A stretch of DNA of 64,000 nt, taken from Flaccisagitta enflata (lineage: Eukaryota). Every line of letters starts with the position of its first letter. Position 1 is the stretch's first letter. The notes beneath the pieces were generated by a model. It searched no databases, was not told where the DNA came from, and saw only the letters and a program-made list of their open reading frames with translations. Where the stretch lies: contig OZ231126.1 of the NCBI GenBank assembly GCA_965153355.1, positions 3,844,001 to 3,908,000 of the forward strand, given 5' to 3'. Shown here piece after piece: positions 42,752 to 58,216 of this stretch. The translations under genes were made by a program, and so were the position numbers.

Positions 42752-43473
42752 CACTGCTTTTAAAAGAATTCTGAGTGAAAAGTCATATTATAGTGGGTTT
42801 TTCTGCCTTTTTATGTAACATTGGGGTAAGACCATGTAACTAGCAAAAATTGAATCATTCCCCGATCGCTTTTTGAACAATCTTCAAAATAGAAAAAAAT
42901 TTGACCTATCTTTAATAAAAATTCTTGTGAGTTGTATTGACTCAATATTTTATTCCCAATTATTATTCTATGCAAAATTCCCTTTTATTTGATAGGTCAC
43001 ACTACATGGTTTGATATAAAAGTTTTCATGTTTTTAGCCACCATTACTTTTCTGTAACCGTGACTCAAAAAGGCCGGATACACGGCAATCCAGTCGCGGA
43101 TGGTTGGGCAGGAGCAGTAGTGCGAATACCGCTCGGAATTCAAAAATGTGACGGACATACCGACCGACACGGCAAGGTGTAGAGTCGCATGTCCGCGACT
43201 AAAAAGGAAAATTTAAATTCTCTGCAAAAAAAAAGCGTGCGACCTATCATATGAAAGGGAATTTTGCATAGATCAACAATATGGAATCAAACATTGAGTC
43301 AATACAACTCACAAGAATCTACATCGAAAATGGGTTCAATTCTTTTCTGTTTTAGAAAATTACTCAAAAAGCGCTCGGGGAATGATTTTGTTTTTACTAA
43401 TAAATTATTGCACTCTACGGCAAAACCCACCGTTATATGACTTTTCACTCAGAATTGTTTTAAAAGCAGAGTG
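42752..43473. mobile_element. Palindromic CAC-terminated MITE, 4-bp TSD
   Basis: ctta|cactgcttttaaaa ... ttttaaaagcagagtg|ctta. It is nested in one short element (~42655-43498) and contains another (43068-43205). Confidence 0.8.
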
Positions 43474-43961
43474 CTTATTAACCTACTAGGCCTTGTTTAA
43501 AGCTTTACCTCTACCTGACGGTTACAGCGAATCTCTCAACCAGAGATATTCCTATCGAGACTATTGAGAGCATGCATAACAGTAAAATGCATTGCGGCAT
43601 TAACCCCTGTTACATAAATCTGGCACCCTTAACGCAACAAGAGCGAGACAGACCGGCAGACTGATAGAGCAACAGTTGACCCATCTGGGTACCTTACTAC
43701 CCACAATCGAATCGGAAGAAACGAGAACACTATGCAGGCCAGTCGGGTGCGTGGATCCCGACTTAATGTATTCATATTTTTTTTTCTTTTTCCACTACTT
43801 TTTGATTTTTAGAAACATTCGATGATGTGAATCATTAAAATAAAGTAGAAAGAAAATTGCCCAATCAACTCTGAACTGTTAATGATGTCCAGCTTGGATT
43901 GTTCTGGCTGATGGCCCATTTAAAATTCATATTTATACAAAAAAAAAAAGAAAAAAAATAT

Positions 43962-45880
<1,919 letters not shown>

Positions 45881-45967
45881 TTTAAAGCTGTAACTAGTTT
45901 TTCTGCTTAAAAATAAAATGAAACTTTTAACTCTATACAGCTTTCGAGGGTAGAAGGTTAAATCGCT

Positions 45968-45998
45968 TGTTTGTTTTTGTTTCCCGTTGCTTAGCGAC
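45968..45998. promoter_or_regulatory. Putative RFX X-box with adjacent forkhead-type site upstream of beta-tubulin
   Basis: GTTGCTTAGCGAC at 45986-45998 (GTCGCTAAGCAAC on minus) and TGTTTGTT at 45968-45975, ~90-120 bp upstream of the ATG. Confidence 0.6.
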
Positions 45999-46083
45999 TA
46001 AATTTCGACAAGTCAGCAATTCGTCATAGTATAAATGCGAGACTTTCTACGGTGGTGGAAACTAATGTTGTACGCAATCTTAC

Positions 46084-49030
46084 CTTTGCGTCCAAGTAAA
46101 CGACGCCGAAATAGATTTCGAATTCGAAGGATATTACGTACGCAACATATTCTAGAAAACAAATCCAGGTGAGTTTCGACAAGCAAGTTTGTTTCCCATA
46201 CTTATGTTTTATCAATACTTTATAAAGTAACTGTAAAGTAAAGTTAAGTGCTGTAAAGTTTTTTTCCTCGTAATTCAAAGCTTGTAAACATATACTCTTG
46301 AGATATTCCTAATTCTTCAAGTATTTAATCTAGGTTCTTATAAAAAAGTGTACTTTTTGTTTAGATTTGTGTGTGGAGGATCGGGTTGGATACCCCTGCC
46401 CACCCGTCCGCAACGATAACTGTGACCCCGTGTCATTTGTTCACTACTTTTCAGCTCTAGTAGTAGTAGGTAGATGATAAATTAGCACGTCGGTCAACAA
46501 GTAACCCTTCATTAGAACCATTTTCGGGACTCACCTGATTTTGTTTCGACAGTCCTCTTTCCAGTAGTGTAGACATGATGTATCTGGCCAACGTTACAAA
46601 ATACGTTCTCCTCATCGACCTTCCACCCAGTGTTTGGCTTGGGAATCCATAAATAATCGTGAAATTTGAACTCAGGGGTCCCTTTTGCTGTAAGGAATAA
46701 TGTTAGTGTCGATGGCGGGACGAGATATAAGACATACTCCCAAATTCTGAGCCCCCTAATGGTCTATCTGACGATACAGAGCACAGCCACAGACATGCCA
46801 CAAGAAAATTTGCGCAATGATGAAGGCGTGGTGCAGACGTGGTAAAAACTCAAATCAGTGGACCATGACTTCTAATATTGACAACCAATGACTCACGATA
46901 ATTGTATATGCACTTCCTTCCACCGATCCAGAATTCAGCATTTCCATGATAAGTCAAATTGGGGCGTTGTGAGAGTATCCTTTGGAAAACGATAAAAAGA
47001 CAATCTCATTGATTTCATCTGATCATCAACAATCGCAACCCCAAGTCACATCAACGTGCACAGGAACAATTTCAACATCGTTCAGCATTTTGATGGTGGG
47101 AATAAAGATAATTAACCCACCATTTAGAACGCTATCAAGAACGATAATTTACCCACCATCAAGAACACTATCAAAACAACAATTAACCAACCATCAAGAA
47201 AAATATATTCATGTCTATGACCAAGCTCCCGCACTTAATCGTCTTAAATTCGTTCTCTTTCACTCATCAAATTACTTGTGTTGCTCCAGCTTCGTCAGAT
47301 GGCGCGCTACGCGATAAAACTCGTCACCAGTTTCCGGGATGAAAAGATAGCTTTTTTCTATTTTTTGACCTTTTGTACCTAGGAAATAAGTATTGCAACA
47401 GCTTTAGACTCATTTAAAGTCTCCATACAAAGTTTCAAGCAAATTGGTTGAAAAATGGTGAAGTTATGCAAGTCTTTCACTTTTAGGCTAGTAGGCTGAT
47501 TGGGTGGTAGGCTGGTTTGACACGATAGATTGTGTGCATAGATTGAGTTCTTCCATTTAGAGACTCCATACCAATTTTCAACCAAATTGGTTGAAAAATG
47601 TCCAAGTTATGAAAGTTTTTAGTCGCGTGCACGCGACTCTACAACCCGCTTTGTCCGTCGGTCGGTCGATTGGTCGGTCGGTCACACTTTACTTTTATTT
47701 ATGATTTTATTTCTTTGACCTCACTGCTCCTGCCCAAATGTTCTGGTGACCTCAAATATGGCCCCTGCCCACCCGCACGCGACTTTGGTAGCCGTGTATC
47801 CGGCCTTGTTTGCTTTTAGGCCGGTAGGCTGGTTAGGTGGTAAGTTGGTTAGGCCGGTTAGCATGCTCAAATACAAATAAATCACAGACATGTGTTGAGT
47901 CCTTCCATTTAGAGACTGCATACCAAACTTCGACGTAATTGGTTGAAAAATGCCAAAGATATGCACGACGCATAACGCTTTGTCACAAATTATATGATTT
48001 TCTCCCCCATAGAGTATCAAAACAGTTCATTTTAGGATCAAATTGTCAATTCAGTGTCAAATTGTCTTTCACTAGTTAACTCATATTTGTTGATTTAGCA
48101 CTACTAAAAATATCTATTTCCAAATTTTCTTTTTTCCCACTAAGGTCCCCATCCCCCAGTAGGGGGGGGTTAACAACCATGAAAACCCCTGAAACAGATT
48201 TAAAAATTTGAATCAATCAAATGTTCTTTTACTGATGTGACACTTTTGATCATTCTCCTTATTACCTTACTGTACGTCTTTTCCCTTGCAAAGTGGATCT
48301 TCACATCATGCTCCATCACATATAACAGCCTTACTCGCTGTCCTTACCTTTGTTCAACTGGACTTTAAGCTCCTCACATTCCTTCTGTGCATCCCACCAA
48401 AGCATCTTTTCCGCCTATTTAATGTAAGTCAGCAAGATGGTATATCAGTCAGCAAGATGTTAAACAAGCTTGGGTCTGCTAATCTACAGGGAAAGATATC
48501 CCGGACATGGACAATAACACATGGCCCACAATTAGGCGAAAACACAGAGGTGCAAAAGGTACGGAAACCATACTTCTAGTCGGCCCAGTGTGATGAAATA
48601 TTTTACTGTAGTGGTCTAAAGGCTTTGGGACAATACAGTTAAATTCTCATCTCACTGGGCGAGTTAGAAGTATTTTTTCCATGCATTTTATGCCTATATG
48701 TTTCTCCGCCTGGTTGTGGGACATGTGTTATTATCACCCATTTAGGAAATTTTGAATAATCTACACCTTTAACACGAAGGGCAAAATAGGACGAGCTCCA
48801 TTTGATCATTTGAATAAACAAGCCCAAGCGGGCAACAATGCGTCCGTGTGTATTGAATTTGACGCTAAACATTGGAGAATTGTGAGATATTTGGGGACAG
48901 ATGGGGGCGGTTTCATGACAGATCACCCAAACTGAAAACCCTAAAAAAGCTTCAAAATTACAGTCCCCGACTGGGGACTGTAATTTTTGAAGCTTTCTCG
49001 TCGCGTAAACGCGACTCGAGAGATACACTA

Positions 49031-49063
<33 letters not shown>

Positions 49064-49274
49064 CAAAAAGAAAAAAAAAAATTTTTTTCAAAAAAAAAAT
49101 TTCAAAAAAAAAAATTTCAAAAAAAAAAAAAAAAAAAAAAAAATAATTGATGTCCATGACGGGATACCTTAAAGTCCATGACGGCATATCTTAAAGTCCA
49201 TGACGGCACACCTTGAACATTAAACACTGAAGTCCGAGAAGGCAAACCTTGGTCCTTGGAGTCCTTGACGGCAA

Positions 49275-49360
<86 letters not shown>

Positions 49361-52300
49361 CCCCACAACAATAATATATTACTACATAAATAAGTTATCT
49401 CATAAACCAGACTTCAGATTTAAATCGAATTTTGCAGGAGCTGTTTAATTGACATCATTTATCTGTTTACTAAGTTTTAAAAAAATTCATAAACTTTTAC
49501 TATCCTTTGCCCATGAAAACTGCTTAAGTCCTAGTAACATATTACTACATAAATAAGCTAATATCTCATAAACCAGGCTTCAGATTTAATTCGAATTTTG
49601 CAGGGGTTGTTTATTTACTATCCTCTACTTGTATACCAAATTAAAAAAAGCTTCAAAATTACAGTCCCCAATTTTTGAAGCTTTCTGGTTGCGTAAACGC
49701 AACTCGATGAGATACACGACAAAACAGCAATTCCAAAAAAAAATATTCAGTATTGTTTTAATGATGACAAAACTTGATAATGATAACAATAGTGGATGAT
49801 GATGATGACAACAATGAATGATAATGACAACAAAAATCTTTAAAAAGATATTCAAAATTTTTTTCAAAAAAATTTTCAAAAAAAAATTTTTTTAAAATTT
49901 TTTTCTTTTAAGTTTTCAAAAAAATTTTTTTAAAATTTTCAAAAAAATTTTCAAAAAAATTTTCAAAAATTTTTAAAAAAAATTCTTTAAATATTTTTCA
50001 AAAAAAATTTTCAAAATTTTTTCAAAAAAATGAAGTAGTCAAGGATGATGACAGTAGTTGAAGATGATGACAGTAGATAAAGATGATGACAGTAGTTGAA
50101 GATGATGACAGTAGTTGAAGATGATGACAGTAGTTGAAGATGATGACAGTAGTTGAAGATGATGACAGTAGTTGAAGATGATGACAGTAGTTGAAGATGA
50201 TGACAGTAGTTGAAGATGATGACAGTAGTTGAAGATGATGACAGTAGTTGAAGATGATGACAGTAGTTGAAGATGATGACAGTAGTTGAAGATGATGACA
50301 GTAGTTGAAGATGATGACAGTAGTTGAAGATGAGGACAGTAGTTGAAGATGAGGACAGTAATTGAAGATGATGACAGTAGTTGAAGATGATGACAGTAGT
50401 TGAAGATGATGACAGTAGTTGAAGATGATGACAGTAGTTGAAGATGATGACAGTAGTGGAAGATAGTGACAGTAGTGGAAGATAGTAAAGAAAAATCAGA
50501 ATGTAATAAATGAGCAAGTAAAAGAATTTATCAACTCCAATCCTCTATATAAATCCCCTAAGTCCTAGTAACATATTACTACATTAATAAGCTAATATCT
50601 TATAAACCAGACTTCAGATTTAATTCAAATTTTGCAGGGGCTGTTCAATTAATATCCTTTACTTGTATACCAAATTAAAAAAAAATTCACATAAGACATC
50701 ATGAACCATATCTTGACACTCTTGTTCCATCACTTTTTTGCACCATTTTTTCCATAAAATTATCCATTTTTGACCAAAAATCTGTTATGACATGTGCCAT
50801 GTGAGCCCATCCATACTATTTTAAAGAATCAGTCTTCAAATTGCATGCTTTGTACAGTAAAATGATCTTAAAATGGCAAAATTTTCAAGCAAAATCATAG
50901 AAAAGAGTAAGAATTATTTTAAAGAGGAATCTTTACTGTATTATTACCGACACAGTTTGTATAATATGGTCAAATTTTTTTTGAGAGGCTGTTCATATCT
51001 ATCTGACACTGGTATAAAACTTTTTTGCCATATGATTTTTAGCATTTTGGATGTCTTTGTCAAGTACCTTTTAAAAAATGTCAGCTGACAATTGAATTTC
51101 AAAAAATAGGATATTTTATTTTGAAAAATTCATTTAGGGTACTTCCCATTGGAGTAAAGTCATGAAATTTGAATGGTAGTCAAAGGAAGCATTTAACCTT
51201 AAGCATTTCAAATTTCTTAACAATCGGTGGATTTAAAGTATCAATTTTGTAAGTTTTTCTATTCCAAATTGCGAAATTTGAAATTTTTGAAAAAAACATT
51301 TTTCATCCCCTAAATAACAAATCTTGAACATGGATGAATATTTTGCATTTTTAAAAACATCAGACCCGAGATAATGTAATTTGCTAGGGTCTGATGTTTT
51401 TGGTCTTTCCAATTTTTCAATTTCTATGCAAATTTGTTATTTAGGGTGCACCTATGTCAGATTCAACAGAAATATGAAAAAAAGGACGTTTTTTGTTTAG
51501 AGTTTTAAATGGGGCACTTCCTGGTGAAGAAAAGTCATGAAATTTTTATGGTAGTTAAATGAAGCACCAAACCACCTGCATCTTAATTTTCATTACTAGA
51601 AGACAATTTTTAATATCTGTTTATGAATTTTTAAATTCTTATTTATGAAATTTATGAAATTAGTCATTTTTAAAAGAAAAATCACTACTTTTTAATTCTG
51701 ATGATATTTTGCATCAATTTTCTCTGTTAACTACTCAAAATGACATATATTATCAGGTGAATTATTTGTTTTTGTTAGAAAACATGGTGATTTTTTTGCT
51801 CTTGGCGAAACTGAAGTGTCACAATAATTTTCATTGTGTCATAACTTTACTACCCTTTGCCTATGTAAATTGCCTAAGTCCTAGCAACATACTACTACAT
51901 AAATAAGCTAATATCTCATAAACCAGACTTCAGATTTAATTCGAATTTTGCAGGGGTTGTTTATTTACTACCCTCTACTTGTACACTAAATTAAAAAAAA
52001 TTCACATACATTTACTACCCTTTGCCTATGTAAATTGCCTAAGTCCTTACAACATACTACTACATAAATAAGCTAATATCTCATAAACCAGACTTCAGAT
52101 TAATTTTGAATTTTGCAGGGGTTGTTTATTTACTACCCTCTACTTGTATACCAAATTAAAAAAAAATTCACATACATTTACTACCCTCCACCTATGTAAA
52201 CCACAGAAGTCCCAGCTAAATATTACTACAAAAATAATAGGCAAAGGGTAGTAAAAGTTAATGAATTTTTTTGAAAATTGGTACACAAGCTCCTATTGAC

Positions 52301-54168
52301 CTATAAACAACACCAGCAAAGTTTTATGAACTTCTGAAGTCTGGATCAAAAGATATGAGAAGGTTTTAAACGAACAAACAAACGAACGAACAGACAACGC
52401 ATCACTGCTATCACATAGTCACCGACAAAAACTGTTCGTCGGGGACAAAAAAATTCATAAACTTTTACTACCCTTTGCCTATGTAAACTGCCTAAGTCCT
52501 AGTAATATATTACTACATAAATAAGCTAATATCTTATAAACCAGGCTTCAGATTTAATTCGAATTTTGCAGGGGTGGTTTATTTACTATCCTCTACTTGT
52601 ATACCAAATAAGAAAAAAATTCACATACTTTTACTACCCTCTACCTATGTAAACCACCTAAGTCCCAGCTAAATATTACTACAAAAATAATAGGCAAAGG
52701 GTAGTAAAAGTTTGTGAATTTTTCTGAAAATTGGTACACAAGCTCCCATTGACATAATAATAACACTGGTAAAGTTTCATGAACTTCTGAAGTCTGGATC
52801 AAAAGATATGAGAAGGTTTTGCACAGACACAGACAAAGACAGACTAGCACAAACGGGCTATCTCATAGTCCACCGACGAAAACAGTTCGTCGGGGACAAA
52901 AAAATAGCATTTGCTCTGTTTTTTTTTCATAAAGGTAGCTCTTGGGGAGATATTCGAGAATCCCAAAGATTTTTGCTCTTGTACCCATATTTTGGGTTTT
53001 AGGGGTACCATTTTTTTTATTCTTGAATAAGAAACTACAAACATAGAAGAATATTTTTCTAATTATTTTTCCAAAAATTTCTACGCACTGGGTACCCCGC
53101 GGACTACCTTTAGGGGTAAAAACCCCCAAAATGATTTTTTTCGGTTAAATTTTTTTTCCAATAGATTCTTTGGGTTAATACAAGAAGATTGAAACCAAGA
53201 TTGTCCTTTTACTGTAAAAAATGGCTGAGATATAGCTATTTAAAGTACTGGGGGTACTCGGGGGGGGGGGGCAAAATTTCTAACTCCCCTAAAACCCAAA
53301 ATATGGGTCTTGAATATCTCTTCAAGGGCTGCCTTAACACCAAAAAATTGTTTTTTTAGGGTTTTCAGTTTTGGTGATCTGTCATGAAACCACCCATGGA
53401 GGATCAGACGGATGAAACAACGGGTTAACGAGGCTCTCTAACGTTGGTCGATTGCTTGATTCAGTGTAGGATCTCTCCATAGCCTAAAACAGCTGAGAAA
53501 CAGCTTTTGCACAGGCGTAACTAACAGATGGACAAACAGATGAAGAAATGGACGGGTGGACGGATGGATGGAAAGACCTTATAGAGATGCAATCCGCATT
53601 TCAAAATCATTTCCAAGCACTTTTTATGGGTTTCATTTGCATAATTTGAGCCCAATTTACTTGGAAAATCGATATGGACTTGATTAGGGCAATCCGTCAT
53701 CAATGCTGTAGTTGTATAAAATGACTATGGAAGAAATTGTTCTCACAACTACAGCTATCAACTCTATACAACTACATTGATGACAAAGTCTCTAGATCAA
53801 GTCAAAATCAATTTTCTCAGTGGATGGGGCTATTATTATGCGGATGGAACATGAAAGGCGCTTGGAAGTAACTTTTTGTTTCAAATGCCCATATATTGCA
53901 CTAGATCAAATCGAAGATTTGCGATCTCGTAATAGTCAGGTAATAATGATATCTTCAGGTAATAAACATTTTACTTGTTAGGTAATGGTCAACATTCACA
54001 TTGGAGTTTGCTTAGTAATCCCAACGCACGTAAACTTACATTGGGAGTGGCTGCCATCCAGTAGCAATGGACGGTCCCATTTTCATCGTAATACCAGTAC
54101 CAGGGAATATTCTTGTAATTCGCCGGACAGAGAGGAGTAGAATATGGAGATTTATCGTCAAATTGGAG
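46084..54168 (-). CDS. Small exons encoding the N-terminal part of a C-type lectin-like domain
   Basis: Phase-consistent exons: 54168-54040 (..PLCPANYKNIPWYWYYDENGTVHCYWMAATPN), 48414-48348 (AEKMLWWDAQKECEELK..), 47378-47276 (..SYLFIPETGDEFYRVARHL..), 46979-46897 (..AEFWIGGRKC..), possibly 46767-46738, then 46687-46535 and 46151-46084. Further candidate exons lie at ~55120-55425. Confidence 0.75.
47616..47809 (-). mobile_element. Helentron/DINE-1-like short element
   Basis: tttttagtcgcgtgcacgcgactct...cgtgtatccggccttgtt, inserted between two diverged direct repeats. Confidence 0.8.
49278..49358. repeat. (GT)n microsatellite
   Basis: Directly visible. Confidence 0.98.
50044..50483. repeat. 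19-bp minisatellite (GATGATGACAGTAGTTGAA)n
   Basis: About 23 near-perfect copies; the spurious ORF has a 19-aa (3-unit) period. Confidence 0.97.
50694..51840 (+). repeat. Dispersed ~1.15-kb repeat, copy 2
   Basis: Homologous to 29800-30957 and inserted into the 150-bp array. Confidence 0.9.
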
Positions 54169-54602
54169 CTGGAAAGAAAATGGACAACTTGAATTCTCAA
54201 CAAACTCAACACGTTTCCGTGAACCAAATCGCCCAATCCGGTCCGCCATTCATCCAGAGCATGAATCAGAGATGCAGATTCTTTGTCTAGCTACTCTGCC
54301 ACTGCGAGTGACCCCTTCAAGTGACCAAGTGGCGTGAACACGGAATACGATCTAAGGAGTAACGTCATGCCCATGGACAATAGTACATTTCAACCCAAAA
54401 AATTGGAATAGGGACAAGAGCCTTTGGAGCTCTTACTGGTGTGCAATGCGCACCCTTCACAGCTATCCTTAGAATTATCACAAATCCATCTTAACCCCTA
54501 CCAAATGCACATGCAAATGAAGATTACTCAACAGGTCGCCCAAGGGCAATATGTGGTCAGCGATACCCGTTGCCCGGCTTTGCATGATTGTAAATTGGAA
54601 TA

Positions 54603-55047
54603 AGAGGCAGGGCAGCGGCCCCGAAGGGGACGAAGTCCTGTAGAACACAGGTGACTTTCGTTCATTTGTCCGTCCATTCATTTGTCTGTCCACCCCCCCA
54701 GGCCCTCTCAGGCCTGAAATCTGCCATCTCAGGCCTAAAATCTGTCCTCTCAGGCCTGAAATCAGCCCTCTCAGGCCTTGAATCTGAAAGGGCAGATTTC
54801 AGGCGTGAGAGGGCAGATTTAAAGCCTGAGAGGGCAGATTTCAGGCCTGAGAGGGCAGATTCAAAGCCTGAGAGGGCAGAATTCAGGCCTGAGAGGGAAG
54901 ATTTTAGGCCTGAAAGGGAAGATTTCAGGCCTGAGAGGGCCTGGGGGGGGACGAACGAACAAACAAATAAACGGACGGACGGACAAACGAACAAAAGTCC
55001 CCTGTGTTCTACAGGACTTCGTCCACTTTGGGGCCGCTGCCCAAAAA
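54603..55047. mobile_element. Short element with subterminal inverted repeats and an internal 21-bp array
   Basis: gggcagcggccccgaaggggacgaagtcctgtagaacacagg / cctgtgttctacaggacttcgtccactttggggccgctgccc. Units caggcctgagagggcagattt occur in both orientations. Confidence 0.8.
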
Positions 55048-55547
55048 GCGCTCGGTGGATGATTTTATTTGGGCTAGTTCCATGTTATCACACCCCAACA
55101 CTTCACAAAAATGCAGAGAAACCCACTGTTGTATGATTTTTCACTCAGATTTTCATTAAAAGCACAGTGCACCAGGCGTGAATATACTTGAACCATCCCC
55201 TCTCCTGTTACCCACTCGTCGCCAGACTTCATTTCATCTTCTTTGGGGGGGTCGGTATCAACCGTGTTTGGAAAAAAACATATGACCAGGCCGTACACAA
55301 TAACAAATCAACTTAATTACTCGAAGGAAAAATTCATGAGACTTCACTATTTCGGTTGTGCCAACCCTACCTTTCCCATAGTAAAGTATAGGAGCTTCCT
55401 CTTCCTCTTCCTTCTCCCTATTTATTACAATGTAAATAAGGGGTGTGGCACGACTATAAATGATATGATGCGACCCCATTGTCCTTTTGCATGCGTTTAT
55501 TGGGAAAAAGTCGAAGTCAGTCTTCGACTTTTTAACATATTCGAGAG

Positions 55548-56194
<647 letters not shown>

Positions 56195-56409
56195 TTCGAG
56201 AGTAACAGGGTTTTCATTTTCTTATAAGAAAGTTAAAGGTCTCAATTGACAGATTAGTCCTTCAAACAAAATTGACATAATTCTCTTTCATTTGGCGCCA
56301 AGCAGATTACTCTACGACAAATATTTTTTGCATTATAATTTTTTAAAGATTTATTTACAAAAATTAAAATTGATTTTTTTTTTATGATTTTAAGTATGAT
56401 CAATAAGGA

Positions 56410-57183
56410 ATGTATCTATGTTTGTTTGAGCATGGAAATACAAGAAAAGAATATGTTAATTTCAGCAAACCATCAAAAGATAAAAAAGGGGATGAGTGGG
56501 ATTTGGAAATTGATGGCAGGCAAATTCTTGAAGTGGACAGTGGCAAGTTCCTGGGGGTGTATATTGATAAACAGATCTCCTGGCGGGTGCATATTGGTAA
56601 GATCGTAACTGTTGGTATAATTGGAAGAGCCAGGAGGTTTATGGGTGGGCATCAATTGTTTCTTTTGTATAACACAATGGTCCTCCCCCACCTTCAATAC
56701 TGTTTGATTAATTGGGGTAATTTTAGGGGGGATAGAAACATAGGGTTAAGGGATCGGTTATTGTCCCTTCAGAAATGTTTGGTTAGAATAATCTGTGGTG
56801 CAAGTCACATCTCCCATGCTGACCCTTTGTTTGCCCGGTTGAATACACTCAAGGTGGACGACCAATTCACCCAGAGTGTTAGGATTTTTTCGTATAAAAT
56901 GTCCAGGGGTTTGCTACCAGGGGGAATGACTGCCTTTTTAGATAAAGTAGATCATGGTCACTTGACCAGAGGGGCAAAAAATAACTTTTTTGTTAGTCAT
57001 TCAGATCGTAGGTCAATTAGGAGTGTTGCCCCTCAGGTAAGGAATTCTCTGCAAATAGGAATAAAACAGTCTCCTAGCATTGCCTCTTTCAAGGACAGGT
57101 CCAAGTTGGACCTTTTGGCCCCTTATGGGCATTTCTCGTGCTCCGCTCTTGGCTGCCGCTCTTGCGCTGGCTTGCCCGGGTGA
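56410..57183 (+). mobile_element. 3' fragment of a CR1/L2-group LINE ORF2 (RT thumb and C-terminal region)
   Basis: KFLGVYIDKQISWRVHI, LYNTMVLPHLQYCLINWG, LQKCLVRII, HADPLFARLNTLKV. A TTTGCC-rich 3' region follows. Confidence 0.88.
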
Positions 57184-57664
57184 CTTTTTGTTTGGTTTTG
57201 CCTTTTGGGCCCTTTGGCCTACGGCTTTTGGCCTTTGCCTTTTTGCCTTTTGGTTTTTTGCCTTTTGGCCGGTTGCCGTTTGGTTTTTTGACTTTGGGCC
57301 TTTTGCCTTTGGGCCTCTGGCCCTTGCCTTGTGGGTTTTTGCCTTCTGGCCTTTCGCCTCTGGCTTTTTTGCTTTCTGCCTTCTGGCCTTTGTGGGGATA
57401 TGTATGAGCGTGCAGTGGCTCTTTTGCTTGCCTTTTTCTTCCCTCTCTTCTTTCTTTTCTTCTCCATTGGTATCTTGGCTTTTTTTTTTTTTTTTTTTTT
57501 TGTACATATGTTGGGCCTCCTCTGCGGTCTTGTTTTCTCCTGGTTCTTCTGGATCCTGGTTGCCCTTTTTGGGCCTGTATAAATGTTGGGCATCTATGCC
57601 TTTCCTTGGTTTCCTGTTTTCGTGTTCCATATTTTTTGTCTTTTTCCCTCGTTTTCATTCTGCT

Positions 57665-58202
57665 TATAGAAACGCGACAAACAGACAAACAAACCCAAAA
57701 CTGGGCAGGGCATCGGGCAATGGCAGGAATACTCACGTCGTCTCTGAGGATACGGCTCTCTCCAAGATCTGCCACTGGGCAGGGACGTCCTCTACAACCC
57801 AAATGGCGATGAAGCGGGAAGGTCACCCACAAACAAACCTCCCCAAGCAAAAGCTGTAATGTCCGTAGACTTATCACTTACAGAGGCAGTTTCATATCTC
57901 TCTTTGGGCCTCTTTGGGCAAAATATCTCCACTAGAGTCTGGGCTGGAAAAATGGCACAAAAATCAGGATGATAGCATGAGGTCTTTATTGTAGCAGGGC
58001 AGCAGCAAGACCGAATATGAGAATGGACAATGTTCAAAGGTAGGGGATTGTAAGGGGGCAAATGTTGGGGAAGAGGAAGAGGACCCGTGGCGCCACCTGT
58101 AGGGACAAAAGGGAATCGATAAGAGGGCGCCAGTGTAGATCGGGCAAAAGAGCAAAAAAACATGATGGCGGATATGGGCTTTCAGTCTGTACGGGTTCAA
58201 CA
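57665..58202 (-). repeat. 3' LTR (TG...TA termini on minus)
   Basis: Identical by eye to 62809-63346; AATAAA on minus at ~57990-57985. Confidence 0.95.
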
Positions 58203-58216
58203 CCCCTCCCCCTCCC
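58203..58216 (-). other. Polypurine tract
   Basis: GGGAGGGGGAGGGG abuts the 3' LTR. Confidence 0.9.

Larger units (their letters stand above)
49370..52903 (+). repeat. Interrupted array of ~150-bp units in tandem Helentron-like elements
   Basis: The unit ctaagtcctagtaacatattactacataaataagctaatatctcataaaccagacttcag... recurs at ~49370, 49525, 50558, 51874, 52039 and 52492. Hairpin ends gtc(a/c)..cgac..gtcggggacaaaaa at ~52450 and ~52900. Confidence 0.8.

Noticed and set aside
50011-50517. 168-aa repetitive ORF
   Set aside because: It is a translation of the 19-bp minisatellite; the other strand is full of stops and there is no splice context.
54651-55136. Heptad-repeat protein ORFs
   Set aside because: Products of the 21-bp inverted array inside a mobile element.
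57013-57877. Overlapping 200-260-aa ORFs on both strands
   Set aside because: They arise from TTTGCC low-complexity sequence in the LINE 3' region and read across the LTR junction.
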